Sequence record: PQ464595.1
DNA: 64,000 bases
Strand: one strand, 5' to 3'
The translations under genes and the position numbers were made by a program. A model generated the notes under the pieces. The model searched no databases. It saw nothing but the letters and a program-made list of their open reading frames with translations, and was not told where the DNA came from. Shown in pieces: positions 49,199 to 58,313 of this stretch; position 1 is the first letter of the stretch, and the number at the start of each line of letters is the position of its first letter.

Positions 49199-49420
49199 TT
49201 ACCCCTTTGGAGATACGTTGATTTCGACATTGAAGCCCAGGGCTTCTACACAGTTCAGCAGTTCATCGACGGTGAACATGTACAGACGTTCATCCAGAAG
49301 ATTTGAAACACGTGCTTGATGGAGGTCGAACTTACGTGCTAGGTCACGTTGACCAAGACCCTGCTCAGCAGCAGTGACTTTGATAAGATTGACCAGACGA
49401 ATTTTGATTTGATTGCTCAT
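49199..49420 (-). CDS. XRE-family helix-turn-helix protein
   Basis: LGQRDLARKFDLHQARVSNLL...FTVDELL..VEALG. Confidence 0.85.
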   Translation of the reverse strand: MSNQIKIRLVNLIKVTAAEQGLGQRDLARKFDLHQARVSNLLDERLYMFTVDELLNCVEALGFNVEINVSPKG

Positions 49421-49444
49421 GATAACACCTTACTTAAAGAAGTT

Positions 49445-49560
49445 CAATTAAAAGTTGCCGGATTTCTCCGGCGGTTCGGTTACGACGTTTATCGTCTCAC
49501 CTTCCGAAACACCTTTACCGCACTAGGGCTGACCATCTCACAGGTAGTGGGGAATCTATG
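49445..49560 (-). ncRNA. structured leader or small RNA
   Basis: TTGACA-17-TATACT promoter; hairpins GACG-ATAAA-CGTC and GCCGGA-GAAA-TCCGGC. Confidence 0.4.
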
Positions 49561-49599
49561 CTTTACAGTATAGTCGGCTGTTCCCTGGTTGTCAAGGCC

Positions 49600-50545
49600 A
49601 GATGTGACTTATGGAACACATCGCAGAGACAACTCATTTTTGAAGAACGCTATGTGCTAGTCCTCTCCGAACAGATTATAGCACACAACTTCGTAGTACT
49701 TCAATCCTGGATTGGTCTTTGTTCGGAAAGACCGGACATACATCGCTAATCAAGCACTCTCGAAAGAGGTCAGTACCTACGCTGTACTGATAATGTATGC
49801 TGAAACACTCACGGCATGGTCTATCACCGTACCCCATCAGACGATTAAGGAAAGCCCACTGTTGGCTTCATCTAACTATGATCAGTTAGTCGTGTTTCTA
49901 CTCATATACTATGCGACTGGTAAATCCCTTCCGACCATCATTAAAAATGTGAATCGGACAAGACGTACACTACCCGCAATGCTCACTACATTTTCGCAAT
50001 TCCCCGCACCAATGCGGCGGGGTATTGTATATTCGAGTTCAGGTATCGACGCTATAAACAGTCATCCTCTTTATACCGGAGATATTATCCCATTCTCGAA
50101 GTTGTTTGCCATTCATATTGAATGGCGAAGTCAGACATGAACAGGTTTCACAGAATCTCTATCGGGCAAAGCCCAACTTCATCTCCACCTTGGATCTCAT
50201 AGTATCCTAAGTTCATTCGCAATTTGTCAGTTCTTTCTACATTATGAGCCATACGTATTTGCTTAACGTACCTCTGTCAGACAAGAACTCGCATCATTTA
50301 TAAGTAAGTTTGGTTGAAACGTTAATTACTTCATGACGGCGATCTCCTATAGTTCCGATTCGCGGGGCTACGCTGCTCCCGCTAGGGTTCTACACGGCAG
50401 TCTACACGCTGTAGTACTGCTACTTTTGCTCATTTAGAGCCGCAAATTCAAGAGTTTTCTAAGATCAGTTTTGGTTTAGATTATCTGTTACATCTGCGTT
50501 CAATCCTCTTTGTCAGTTATCGTCGTTTTCACGTTCACTTCAGAG
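49600..50545 (-). ncRNA. candidate large (~950 nt) ornate ncRNA
   Basis: No minus-strand ORF of 60 aa or more, at least 11 hairpins, three tandem consensus promoters upstream. Confidence 0.6.
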
Positions 50546-50550
50546 TCTTC

Positions 50551-50783
50551 ATCATACTATCTAGCGAATCGGCTGTCAAGTACTTTTTCTATTTCTTTCA
50601 ACTTTTCACCCTTAAGTACTTTTAAGTACCAGACAGTGCGAGTTAGCTTCCTGTCTTGAGGTGTCCAGTATATCACACCAGGTTAGGGTGTCAATGACTT
50701 TTTTACATCTTTTTCACCATCAGGTATTTTGGTGAACTTCCTTCTTAGCAATTCCAGTATATCAAGTCCAGATGGTTTGTCAA
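50551..50783 (-). promoter_or_regulatory. three tandem sigma70 promoters
   Basis: TTGACA at 50778-83, 50689-94 and 50574-79 with -10 TATACT, TATACT and TATGAT (spacers 16, 16, 17; first two with TGn extension). Confidence 0.75.
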
Positions 50784-50787
50784 GGAC

Positions 50788-50871
50788 TTAATTGAAAAGA
50801 TGCATCTCAGGTGAGACAACTAACAAGATGATAATCAATATCATCAGTACTAATTCTTCACCCCAGGACAT
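50788..50871 (-). CDS. 27-aa hydrophobic micropeptide
   Basis: MSWGEELVLMILIIILLVVSPEMHLFN with weak RBS. Confidence 0.4.
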   Translation of the reverse strand: MSWGEELVLMILIIILLVVSPEMHLFN

Positions 50872-50924
50872 AATGCTTCTCACTTAATAGGAGGGGATAC
50901 TTCCCCTCGATGTAGAACATCTTA

Positions 50925-51191
50925 TCACTTCACCGCTTTCGCGTCAAGCACCCATTTGCCTTTTGAGTTCTGTACGTAGTGGCAAGTACTCTTTACAATT
51001 TCCTGTAACTCGACAACTTCATGGACATGGTGAGTACTAACCAGCATGAACTTCCTGGCGTACTCTACAGCGGCTTCAGCCGTTTCGAATAGCTTCGCAT
51101 CACTTTGTACATTTGTTCGTACTGGAGTCTCCCAGCGGTCTTCACGGATGTACTTATATTCACTTTCAGTCTGAACACGAATGAAGAACAT
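50925..51191 (-). CDS. hypothetical protein
   Basis: GGAGGT RBS before MFFIRV. Confidence 0.65.
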   Translation of the reverse strand: MFFIRVQTESEYKYIREDRWETPVRTNVQSDAKLFETAEAAVEYARKFMLVSTHHVHEVVELQEIVKSTCHYVQNSKGKWVLDAKAVK

Positions 51192-51192
51192 G

Positions 51193-51753
51193 TTAACCTC
51201 CGATACGGAATGACTTGAATTTACGATCCACATCATACATTATGTGTTCACGAATGACAACACCTTCTTCGATATGGAACACACGTTCAGCATTTGGAGT
51301 ACTTATAGTGATCTGTTTCAGATCAGTAAGTTCCAGGGCTACTTCACCAGAGTACTTAATGAAACCGTACTTCTTGCGATTGTAAGTATACGCCACTGAC
51401 TTAGGCTTAATGGTAATCTCAGTAACCCCTTCTTCTTCGATGGTATTACCATCTTGATAGGTTACGATGATTTTGAATGAACCATAACCCGATTCATCAA
51501 CTGTTTCAGTATGTTCCTCGTTACGTGGAATTACTTCAAAACATAATATGATTTCACGGTTATAGATACCACAGTCTGTTGATTTACCATTCAGAATAAC
51601 ACACTGAACATCACCTGACCCATTAATTTTAGAAACTTGAATTTTCTTGTTTCCAATACTAGCAACAATTTCAGCATTGCTACTATGTAATGAACAGAAT
51701 AATGCTTTATCTTTTAAACGAATGTAATCACCAACATTAACTAAATTAGCCAT
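51193..51753 (-). CDS. hypothetical protein
   Basis: GAGG RBS. Confidence 0.75.
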   Translation of the reverse strand: MANLVNVGDYIRLKDKALFCSLHSSNAEIVASIGNKKIQVSKINGSGDVQCVILNGKSTDCGIYNREIILCFEVIPRNEEHTETVDESGYGSFKIIVTYQDGNTIEEEGVTEITIKPKSVAYTYNRKKYGFIKYSGEVALELTDLKQITISTPNAERVFHIEEGVVIREHIMYDVDRKFKSFRIGG

Positions 51754-51804
51754 AGCATGTTCCTCTTAATTAAAATGTCCAGTACTGAAGTACTGGACTA
51801 TGAT

Positions 51805-52257
51805 TTACTTGAAATCAATGAACGGGCAGATCTTACGCTTCTTCGCCTTAATGAACTCGACCGTTACAGAAGGCTTATACGTACCTTCCTCGATCTTGAC
51901 TTCACGACGATACTGAGTGTAAATCCGTAGGAATACACCGCCAACCAATGTTGTCCAGATCAACAGTGACGCAACGATGAAACGCCAGTTGAATTCGCCT
52001 TTCGGTAGAATCCACGAATCCGGTAAGAATGAATGGAACAGTGTCATAACAAACCCACCAACCGCATAGGTAAGGAACCACAACAGACCAATACATACAC
52101 CAACCACGACCAGTGTACCTACCAGGATCATGAATGGTGCAAGTACCATTTGCCAGAAGAATACACACAGTGACGGTGAAGGATCAATGTCGAAGAACCC
52201 CCATGCTTTAGCCGTCATGCGATACACGAACGAACTCTTACTTAGTGAAAGGCTCAT
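51805..52257 (-). CDS. membrane protein
   Basis: Two to three TM segments, GGAGGT RBS. Confidence 0.75.
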   Translation of the reverse strand: MSLSLSKSSFVYRMTAKAWGFFDIDPSPSLCVFFWQMVLAPFMILVGTLVVVGVCIGLLWFLTYAVGGFVMTLFHSFLPDSWILPKGEFNWRFIVASLLIWTTLVGGVFLRIYTQYRREVKIEEGTYKPSVTVEFIKAKKRKICPFIDFK

Positions 52258-52371
52258 TACTTACCTCCCAGGATCGAGTTCACACAGTCACCCATTGTCG
52301 GGGCTTTAGTACCGAGTTGATAGCCACCATAGGCAGCACCAGCGGCAATGATTGCGATTAACAGCAATGGT

Positions 52372-53085
52372 TTAAGCATCGTCTTTCTCCAGTTCAGTTA
52401 TGATTGCTGACAGTTCAGCATACGTTTTTTTCATATGCATGATACTTTGGTAATACATTCCACCAGGCATACGAGAATTATCAACTTCTTCTTGCGTTAA
52501 GTATAACCCATTCTCGATGTAGTAGTCAAGCACAATTTTCCAGGCTTTCGCCGTACACAGTGCTAATTCTACCAGTACTGGATCGTCGGTCTTACGAACC
52601 AATGTGATGAATGAGTACTCACAGATTGGATAAGGAGTACGCCAGTGATCACCACCCCAACGTTTATCTTTCTCTGAATTGGTTTTAGCAATGCTTTCAG
52701 CAGCAACCATTTCTGGATTGAAATAGTATTCACGATCCATGAGTTTGAACTCTGGAATTGCGTATGCTGCTTTAGCATCACGTACCATTTCTAGAATACG
52801 TTCAGGTACTTCCATATCTTCGTAGTCAGCTAAGTACTTGTCATATTCAACCGCTGTTTTATTATAACGGTCAGTATGATACTGAACTGCTTTATCGAAG
52901 TCGTGTACCTGTGATTCCAATAACCCTTTACCATCATAGATTGGTCCACGTACTGGATCATAATCATAACCATTCCCGATTACAAGGAATAAATGATCCA
53001 GTTGTTCAAGGGCAGTTTCTGAAATAGTATTGTATTCGTATTTCGAGAAACTTAAGTTCGTAAGAAGATTAATTAGCGATGACAT
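52372..53085 (-). CDS. hypothetical protein
   Basis: 237-aa ORF. Confidence 0.75.
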   Translation of the reverse strand: MSSLINLLTNLSFSKYEYNTISETALEQLDHLFLVIGNGYDYDPVRGPIYDGKGLLESQVHDFDKAVQYHTDRYNKTAVEYDKYLADYEDMEVPERILEMVRDAKAAYAIPEFKLMDREYYFNPEMVAAESIAKTNSEKDKRWGGDHWRTPYPICEYSFITLVRKTDDPVLVELALCTAKAWKIVLDYYIENGLYLTQEEVDNSRMPGGMYYQSIMHMKKTYAELSAIITELEKDDA

Positions 53086-53086
53086 A

Positions 53087-53332
53087 TTACTCCAGTAATG
53101 TTTTCAGGATCACATTCTTTTGTGAACGAACGTGAGCTTCGAGTTTTGCTTTTGCGTTAAAGGTACTGTCAATCTGTTTGTACAGTTGATCAATTTCAGA
53201 AGTGCGAACGCCATTGGTCGCAACGAAAGCTAACGTGATTTGATCGTACAATCCTTTAACACGATTGCTCATGTCATTGATCTGTACTTCAACGTCTTTG
53301 ATGTTTTGTGCGATACCAGAAAGATGATCCAT
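53087..53332 (-). CDS. hypothetical coiled-coil protein
   Basis: GGAG RBS. Confidence 0.65.
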   Translation of the reverse strand: MDHLSGIAQNIKDVEVQINDMSNRVKGLYDQITLAFVATNGVRTSEIDQLYKQIDSTFNAKAKLEAHVRSQKNVILKTLLE

Positions 53333-53408
53333 TTTTTCGAACTCCAGGCTTGTTTAAGATGATACGATTATACCCGCTCACAGCCAGGCTGTCAACGGGT
53401 ATTTTCGA

Positions 53409-54056
53409 TTACCAGTCAGAACTTGATGACGAGCTTGAACCGCTGTCATACGAAGAACTTGAAGAACTTGAAGAACTCCATGATGAACTTGAATCATCAC
53501 TTGAAGAACTCCAACGTGAAGAAGATGAACTATCATCACTTGAAGATGAACGCCATGATGACGAGCTATCATCCGAGGATGATGAACGCCAAGATGAAGT
53601 ACTGTCATCTACAGAACTAGAACGACTAGAAGATGTATCAACATCAACTGATTTCGATTCAGTACTAACAGGTGCTTCCCATCGTGTTTCACGTTCTTCA
53701 ACGAATGATGCTTTTTCAGTAACTACTTCAGGAATAGATTCAATGGTTGTTTGAATTTCTTCAATAGCGTTGTTCTGCTCAGTTACATCCTGAACAATAT
53801 CATCCATCTGATCCATATATACATTCGCCAGTACTACCTGAGTTACCAAGTCTGGAGAAGTACCAGGATCAATAATAGAACTGGTAGTATATGAAGATTG
53901 TGTAGCACGACGCAGTTCACTTTCTTTGAACTTTGTACTGTTACCAACAATCTTATAACGTTCCTGCCGGAAGATATTTTTAGTCACTGCTTCAATGGTA
54001 CTGGACTCGCCAGTACTTACTACTTCAACTTCATCACCGATGTTAAATGCTGCCAT
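53409..54056 (-). CDS. protein with Ser-rich low-complexity C-terminus
   Basis: FNIGDEVEV N-terminus; SSSW(R)SSSSDD repeats ending in SSSDW. Confidence 0.75.
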   Translation of the reverse strand: MAAFNIGDEVEVVSTGESSTIEAVTKNIFRQERYKIVGNSTKFKESELRRATQSSYTTSSIIDPGTSPDLVTQVVLANVYMDQMDDIVQDVTEQNNAIEEIQTTIESIPEVVTEKASFVEERETRWEAPVSTESKSVDVDTSSSRSSSVDDSTSSWRSSSSDDSSSSWRSSSSDDSSSSSRWSSSSDDSSSSWSSSSSSSSSYDSGSSSSSSSDW

Positions 54057-54066
54057 AAATGCCCTC

Positions 54067-54501
54067 TTAGGTTTTCAGTACTTGTACTGATGCTTTGCGA
54101 ACGATGCTACTATGCATCATCCTGAACGTCATGATGTTGAAACCGATGCCGAGTAAACCAATACTTACTAAGTAGTAACCGTATTGGAATAGGATTCCGG
54201 TCATCAGGAATACAACAATCTGCCAAGCAATGCTTAGCTGTTTATCGCCTAACGCATTGTATAATTCTACACGCATTTGACGACATGACTTATCGACTTC
54301 GAATAACAAACAAAGGTGGAATGGTACTAAGCACCATGACGCCATTGAGAGTAACGAAACCAGTACTGCTGTCAGTGTATACCATTGTCCTGAAAGGAAC
54401 GTTGGTAAATGGAACTGAGTAGCACAGAACTTATAGAAGAAGATCGCCAGGATTGCGAATACTCCGATAAGTGAATTTTTGAGTGTACGTGAATATGACA
54501 T
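54067..54501 (-). CDS. membrane protein
   Basis: Four hydrophobic helices. Confidence 0.7.
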   Translation of the reverse strand: MSYSRTLKNSLIGVFAILAIFFYKFCATQFHLPTFLSGQWYTLTAVLVSLLSMASWCLVPFHLCLLFEVDKSCRQMRVELYNALGDKQLSIAWQIVVFLMTGILFQYGYYLVSIGLLGIGFNIMTFRMMHSSIVRKASVQVLKT

Positions 54502-54512
54502 TGTATTGTTCC

Positions 54513-54977
54513 TTACAGTAAGTCATCTGAACTGTTTAACACAACGGGCTTACGTGCCTGAATCTTTGCTTCTTCGATTTCGTATTCTAAAGCATACTTG
54601 TTCTGGTTATCACGGTGAACATAGTTGTGAACCCAAAACATTAAGCAACCCATGATACACCACGGCCAGGCACTAACGTAGAAACAAAGTACTGCGAACA
54701 GAAGGAAATGGTATGTGAATAGAAAACCCACACGCTCTTGTCCAAATGCTTCAAGGTATTTTTTACGTTTAGTATTCGGACCATCATCTGCAATTGTAAC
54801 TAAGTGGAATACTGACAGTACTGTAGCACCCACATACAGGATGGTACATACGAGCCAGTATTTGAATTCCAAAGTACTGTTAATGAAACGGAACTTCTCG
54901 TTGAATTCAACACCCAATACGATCAATTCCACAATAGCAGCTAAGGAAGTAAACATAACAATATTAGAACGCTTCAT
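54513..54977 (-). CDS. membrane protein
   Basis: Four hydrophobic helices, GGAG RBS. Confidence 0.7.
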   Translation of the reverse strand: MKRSNIVMFTSLAAIVELIVLGVEFNEKFRFINSTLEFKYWLVCTILYVGATVLSVFHLVTIADDGPNTKRKKYLEAFGQERVGFLFTYHFLLFAVLCFYVSAWPWCIMGCLMFWVHNYVHRDNQNKYALEYEIEEAKIQARKPVVLNSSDDLL

Positions 54978-55020
54978 AGCATCTCCAGTTAAAAAAGGGG
55001 AACGATGTTCCCCTTTGTTG

Positions 55021-55554
55021 TTATTTGAGGGTTACGCCCCAATTCTTCGCCATCGCTTCTTTGAGATTCTTAATCTCCGCGTTGCTCAGTACTGTTTTGT
55101 CGGCTTTACGCTGTACAGGTTGTGCTACCTGAACATCAACACCAACTGAAGTACGACGAGTTAGCCCTTCCGTTACGAACTTCTGAACAGCTTTCGCGTT
55201 CATGAACTTACCATTAACGATATGACCGAACGTAGTATTACTGTTACCCGGCATCACGCCAATTTCAGAGATAGGTACTTCGGTTTTACTAAGAATAGCA
55301 ATCTTCACGAAGCCATTAACCAGTTTATCCGCTTTTACATCACAGACAACTGCGAACGGTACACCTTCCCAATAGCAAACCCATTTGTTAAAGCTTGCGT
55401 CCTGAACTTTCAGGCAGTCTTTGAAAGTGTAGTACATGAAACTTTCATCGAAAATACCCAGGAAACCACCTTCATCAGTAATAGTTTCCAGCGGAATATA
55501 ACCAGCACGGTTAATCATCGCTTTAGTAATTTTAGTTGCGAGTACAGATGACAT
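55021..55554 (-). CDS. hypothetical protein
   Basis: GAGGT RBS. Confidence 0.75.
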   Translation of the reverse strand: MSSVLATKITKAMINRAGYIPLETITDEGGFLGIFDESFMYYTFKDCLKVQDASFNKWVCYWEGVPFAVVCDVKADKLVNGFVKIAILSKTEVPISEIGVMPGNSNTTFGHIVNGKFMNAKAVQKFVTEGLTRRTSVGVDVQVAQPVQRKADKTVLSNAEIKNLKEAMAKNWGVTLK

Positions 55555-55622
55555 AGCGGAACCTCTCGTACAGTTAATTTTGTTTACATCTTGGATTATA
55601 GCACATACGCTAAGTATGTCAA

Positions 55623-56105
55623 TTATATTACACGTTTCCGCTTAGATTCTTCTTCACGGTTTTCTTCATCCAGAAGTTTTTCGTACACTTTCTGTGCTAA
55701 GAAAAACACTGATGGAGAAAGTATAAAGTACTGACCATTTATTTCACTACGTTGAAATCCAAAATGTACTGTTTCCGATGAATTGTCCAGCTTACGATCT
55801 TTTTGGATACGTAGTGTTTTAGCACCATCATCCCGCCAACTGGTAGAATATCCAACACCAACTTCTTCAGTTAATGCTAGAGATAACAACTTCTCTAGTT
55901 TATCATTAACTTCAGGAATGAAGGTTTTGAATTCATGTATCTGTTTGTACGTTAAGTGGTAAGACCACAAGTAGTTCTTAACGAATGCCAGTACTGAATT
56001 AGAAACCTTATAGGCATATACTGACCGTAAGATAACACCGCCACTCATAAACGCATGTACGATGCTGAATATGATTATGAAGGTATAGATGACTATTCCA
56101 ATCAT
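55623..56105 (-). CDS. membrane-anchored protein
   Basis: N-terminal TM. Confidence 0.65.
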   Translation of the reverse strand: MIGIVIYTFIIIFSIVHAFMSGGVILRSVYAYKVSNSVLAFVKNYLWSYHLTYKQIHEFKTFIPEVNDKLEKLLSLALTEEVGVGYSTSWRDDGAKTLRIQKDRKLDNSSETVHFGFQRSEINGQYFILSPSVFFLAQKVYEKLLDEENREEESKRKRVI

Positions 56106-56407
56106 GGCATCCTCCGCTTATAGGCTTCTTCGCATTTAGTGATTAGATTATTGCTGATAGCTACATCAGTACGAACTAACTCTGAACCGCTTTGATAGTA
56201 TTCAGAAGTGATGGCATCAACATCTGGCTCTTGTACTTTAGAGTCGAAGTAGAATTGCATATCGCGATAGTACTTCATCTTATATACTTGAGCCATCTTA
56301 CCTGCGTACCCTGAACAGTACGCATTGGTATGTATTTCACTTGCTTTCGCTTCTGGAGTAATAATGTAAGCCACCAGAATAATAAAAAGCAATGTACAGA
56401 ATTTCAT
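56102..56407 (-). CDS. putative exported protein
   Basis: Signal-peptide-like N-terminus. Confidence 0.65.
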   Translation of the reverse strand: MKFCTLLFIILVAYIITPEAKASEIHTNAYCSGYAGKMAQVYKMKYYRDMQFYFDSKVQEPDVDAITSEYYQSGSELVRTDVAISNNLITKCEEAYKRRMP

Positions 56408-56408
56408 T

Positions 56409-56987
56409 TTATGCCCCTAAAGCAAGATCTTGTAGTGGTTTCAGAATACTAATTACTGGATAGTTCTCAATCTTCTCACGACCTTCAGCACCAGTCATGA
56501 TAGTTGGAATTGCCGCAATTTCTGACACGAGATTATAACCCTCGAATGTGAATTCCTGGCACTTCTCGTTATACAACGCCCACAGTACTATGTCAGCTTT
56601 CTTTTGAATCTTAGTAAGTTGACGAGAACTAATACATGGACCGAATCGTAACCATGAACCGTACTTAATACCTTTCACTTCAATGCGAACGCCACCTACA
56701 TAGAGATCACATTCCCCTTCACGCTTTTCATCCTGGAACGCAGGATCGATATTGAGATCACGATTAGTCAATGCTTCAATCTCATTGAACAGTAACCACG
56801 ACGCATGTTCCGCAGCCATCCCAACTAAGTGAGAGTGAGCATGATTGAAGCCATAAGGCGACTTTCCTGCTGGAGCGATCTTAGAGAACTTATCAGCCTT
56901 AGCAATTGCTTTAGCCATAAAGGACTCCGCTTCGTCATGATGTAAACGGATCTTCATTTTATCTTCACGGATGATTAGACGTGTCAT
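56409..56987 (-). CDS. PD-(D/E)xK nuclease-fold protein (tentative)
   Basis: GMAAE...CDLYV...IEVK spacing; GAGGT RBS before MTRLII. Confidence 0.5.
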   Translation of the reverse strand: MTRLIIREDKMKIRLHHDEAESFMAKAIAKADKFSKIAPAGKSPYGFNHAHSHLVGMAAEHASWLLFNEIEALTNRDLNIDPAFQDEKREGECDLYVGGVRIEVKGIKYGSWLRFGPCISSRQLTKIQKKADIVLWALYNEKCQEFTFEGYNLVSEIAAIPTIMTGAEGREKIENYPVISILKPLQDLALGA

Positions 56988-57164
56988 ATTTTGTACCTCA
57001 ATTAATTGAACCCCATTATAACAAAATCTTATCCTCCCGTCAAGGAGGAATATTATTGGAGGCTCTTTTGCACTCCATAAAATAATAGCATTTATGTGCC
57101 GAAAATTCAAGGAAAAATAAAGAAAACGGGATAAATACTGAAAATAACTTCGGAGGATACCCAT

Positions 57165-58298
57165 ATGGCTCACCCAATAGCAGGTGTTAATGAATATAGA
57201 TATGGTGAATGTGGTTATATCGTTGATGGAGCATTACTTAAAAATAATGTTAAGTTAAAGAATATACGCATTTATAAACAACGTTCAGTAAACATCTTTG
57301 ATTTAATGGACTATGATACAAATGTCATTTATCAGTATGTACGTATTACCGGTTATGATTCTAATACTGATGTTCTTGATTATTCAAAAACTGATGATGA
57401 ACTTTTAAATGAAATTCCAGTTAATACATTCTTTGTTCGTGGATATAATAATGACATGTCCGTAACAGGTTTTGTTATTCGTTTCCAAAACAATAAAGTC
57501 TGCCTAGCAGATGGTAGATACATGTTTGATATGTACGTACCTGAATGTAGCATTGGACCAGTTGATATTGGTGAAGTAACTGTTAGTACTATCGCAATCG
57601 GAACAACTACTGTAACTGGTACTATCAGTGCTGTTAGTGGTTCTCTAGATACTACTGGAATGGTTGTTACAATGGAAATCGACGGTGTTACTTATACAGC
57701 AACACTAGATGGTCGTAACTTCACATTCACTGATGTTGTAGTAACTTCTACTGGTACTGCTGTAATTACCATTACCTCTCCAAAATACAACACTAAAGAA
57801 GTTGATGTACCTATCGTTGCTGACGCCGATACTGATTACGTAACAATGTACGCAGTTGCTGGTTCTCAAATGACTGATAATGGTGACGGTACTTATACCT
57901 TCACACTATCTAATACAGTACACAACCGTGGTTCTAATGTTGTAGTTCAGATTCAAAACATTGTTGGTACTATCTATAATCCTGATGTGAGTGTAGATAA
58001 TGCTGGTAACATCACCGTGACTCAAACTGATAATACAGATTATGATATTATAATCGTTGGCCCAACTAATGTAAGAACTGTTTACAGTACTGCTCTAGCA
58101 TGGACTACAAGTGGATCTAATTTCACTATGACTATTCCATATAGCACTCACTTGAAACAAAGCCCATCACTATCAGTATATGATTCTGCTGGTGAAATGG
58201 TTCAAGTACTTGTTAGTATTGACAACACCGATAATATTACTCTTGAAAGTTCTGAGAACTTCATAGGTAAAGTTGTTATCACTGGCGTAACCGCTTAA
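57165..58298 (+). CDS. putative virion structural protein with Ig-like beta domains
   Basis: Thr/Val-rich beta repeats, isolated plus-strand gene with GGAGG RBS and terminator. Confidence 0.65.
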   Translation: MAHPIAGVNEYRYGECGYIVDGALLKNNVKLKNIRIYKQRSVNIFDLMDYDTNVIYQYVRITGYDSNTDVLDYSKTDDELLNEIPVNTFFVRGYNNDMSVTGFVIRFQNNKVCLADGRYMFDMYVPECSIGPVDIGEVTVSTIAIGTTTVTGTISAVSGSLDTTGMVVTMEIDGVTYTATLDGRNFTFTDVVVTSTGTAVITITSPKYNTKEVDVPIVADADTDYVTMYAVAGSQMTDNGDGTYTFTLSNTVHNRGSNVVVQIQNIVGTIYNPDVSVDNAGNITVTQTDNTDYDIIIVGPTNVRTVYSTALAWTTSGSNFTMTIPYSTHLKQSPSLSVYDSAGEMVQVLVSIDNTDNITLESSENFIGKVVITGVTA

Positions 58299-58313
58299 CG
58301 CAAAAAGGCACTC

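Noticed and set aside
49712-50140. 142-aa plus-strand ORF
   Set aside because: GTG start with no RBS or promoter, opposite to local transcription and no protein-like motifs; better explained as the antisense of a structured RNA.
49600-50545. Group I/II intron, tmRNA or RNase P assignment for the large structured tract
   Set aside because: It does not interrupt a gene, and I could not find a group II domain V, tmRNA tRNA-like ends or RNase P core motifs by eye; left unassigned pending cmsearch.
53308-53754. 148-aa plus-strand acidic ORF
   Set aside because: Mirror frame of the Ser-rich low-complexity tail of 53409-54056.
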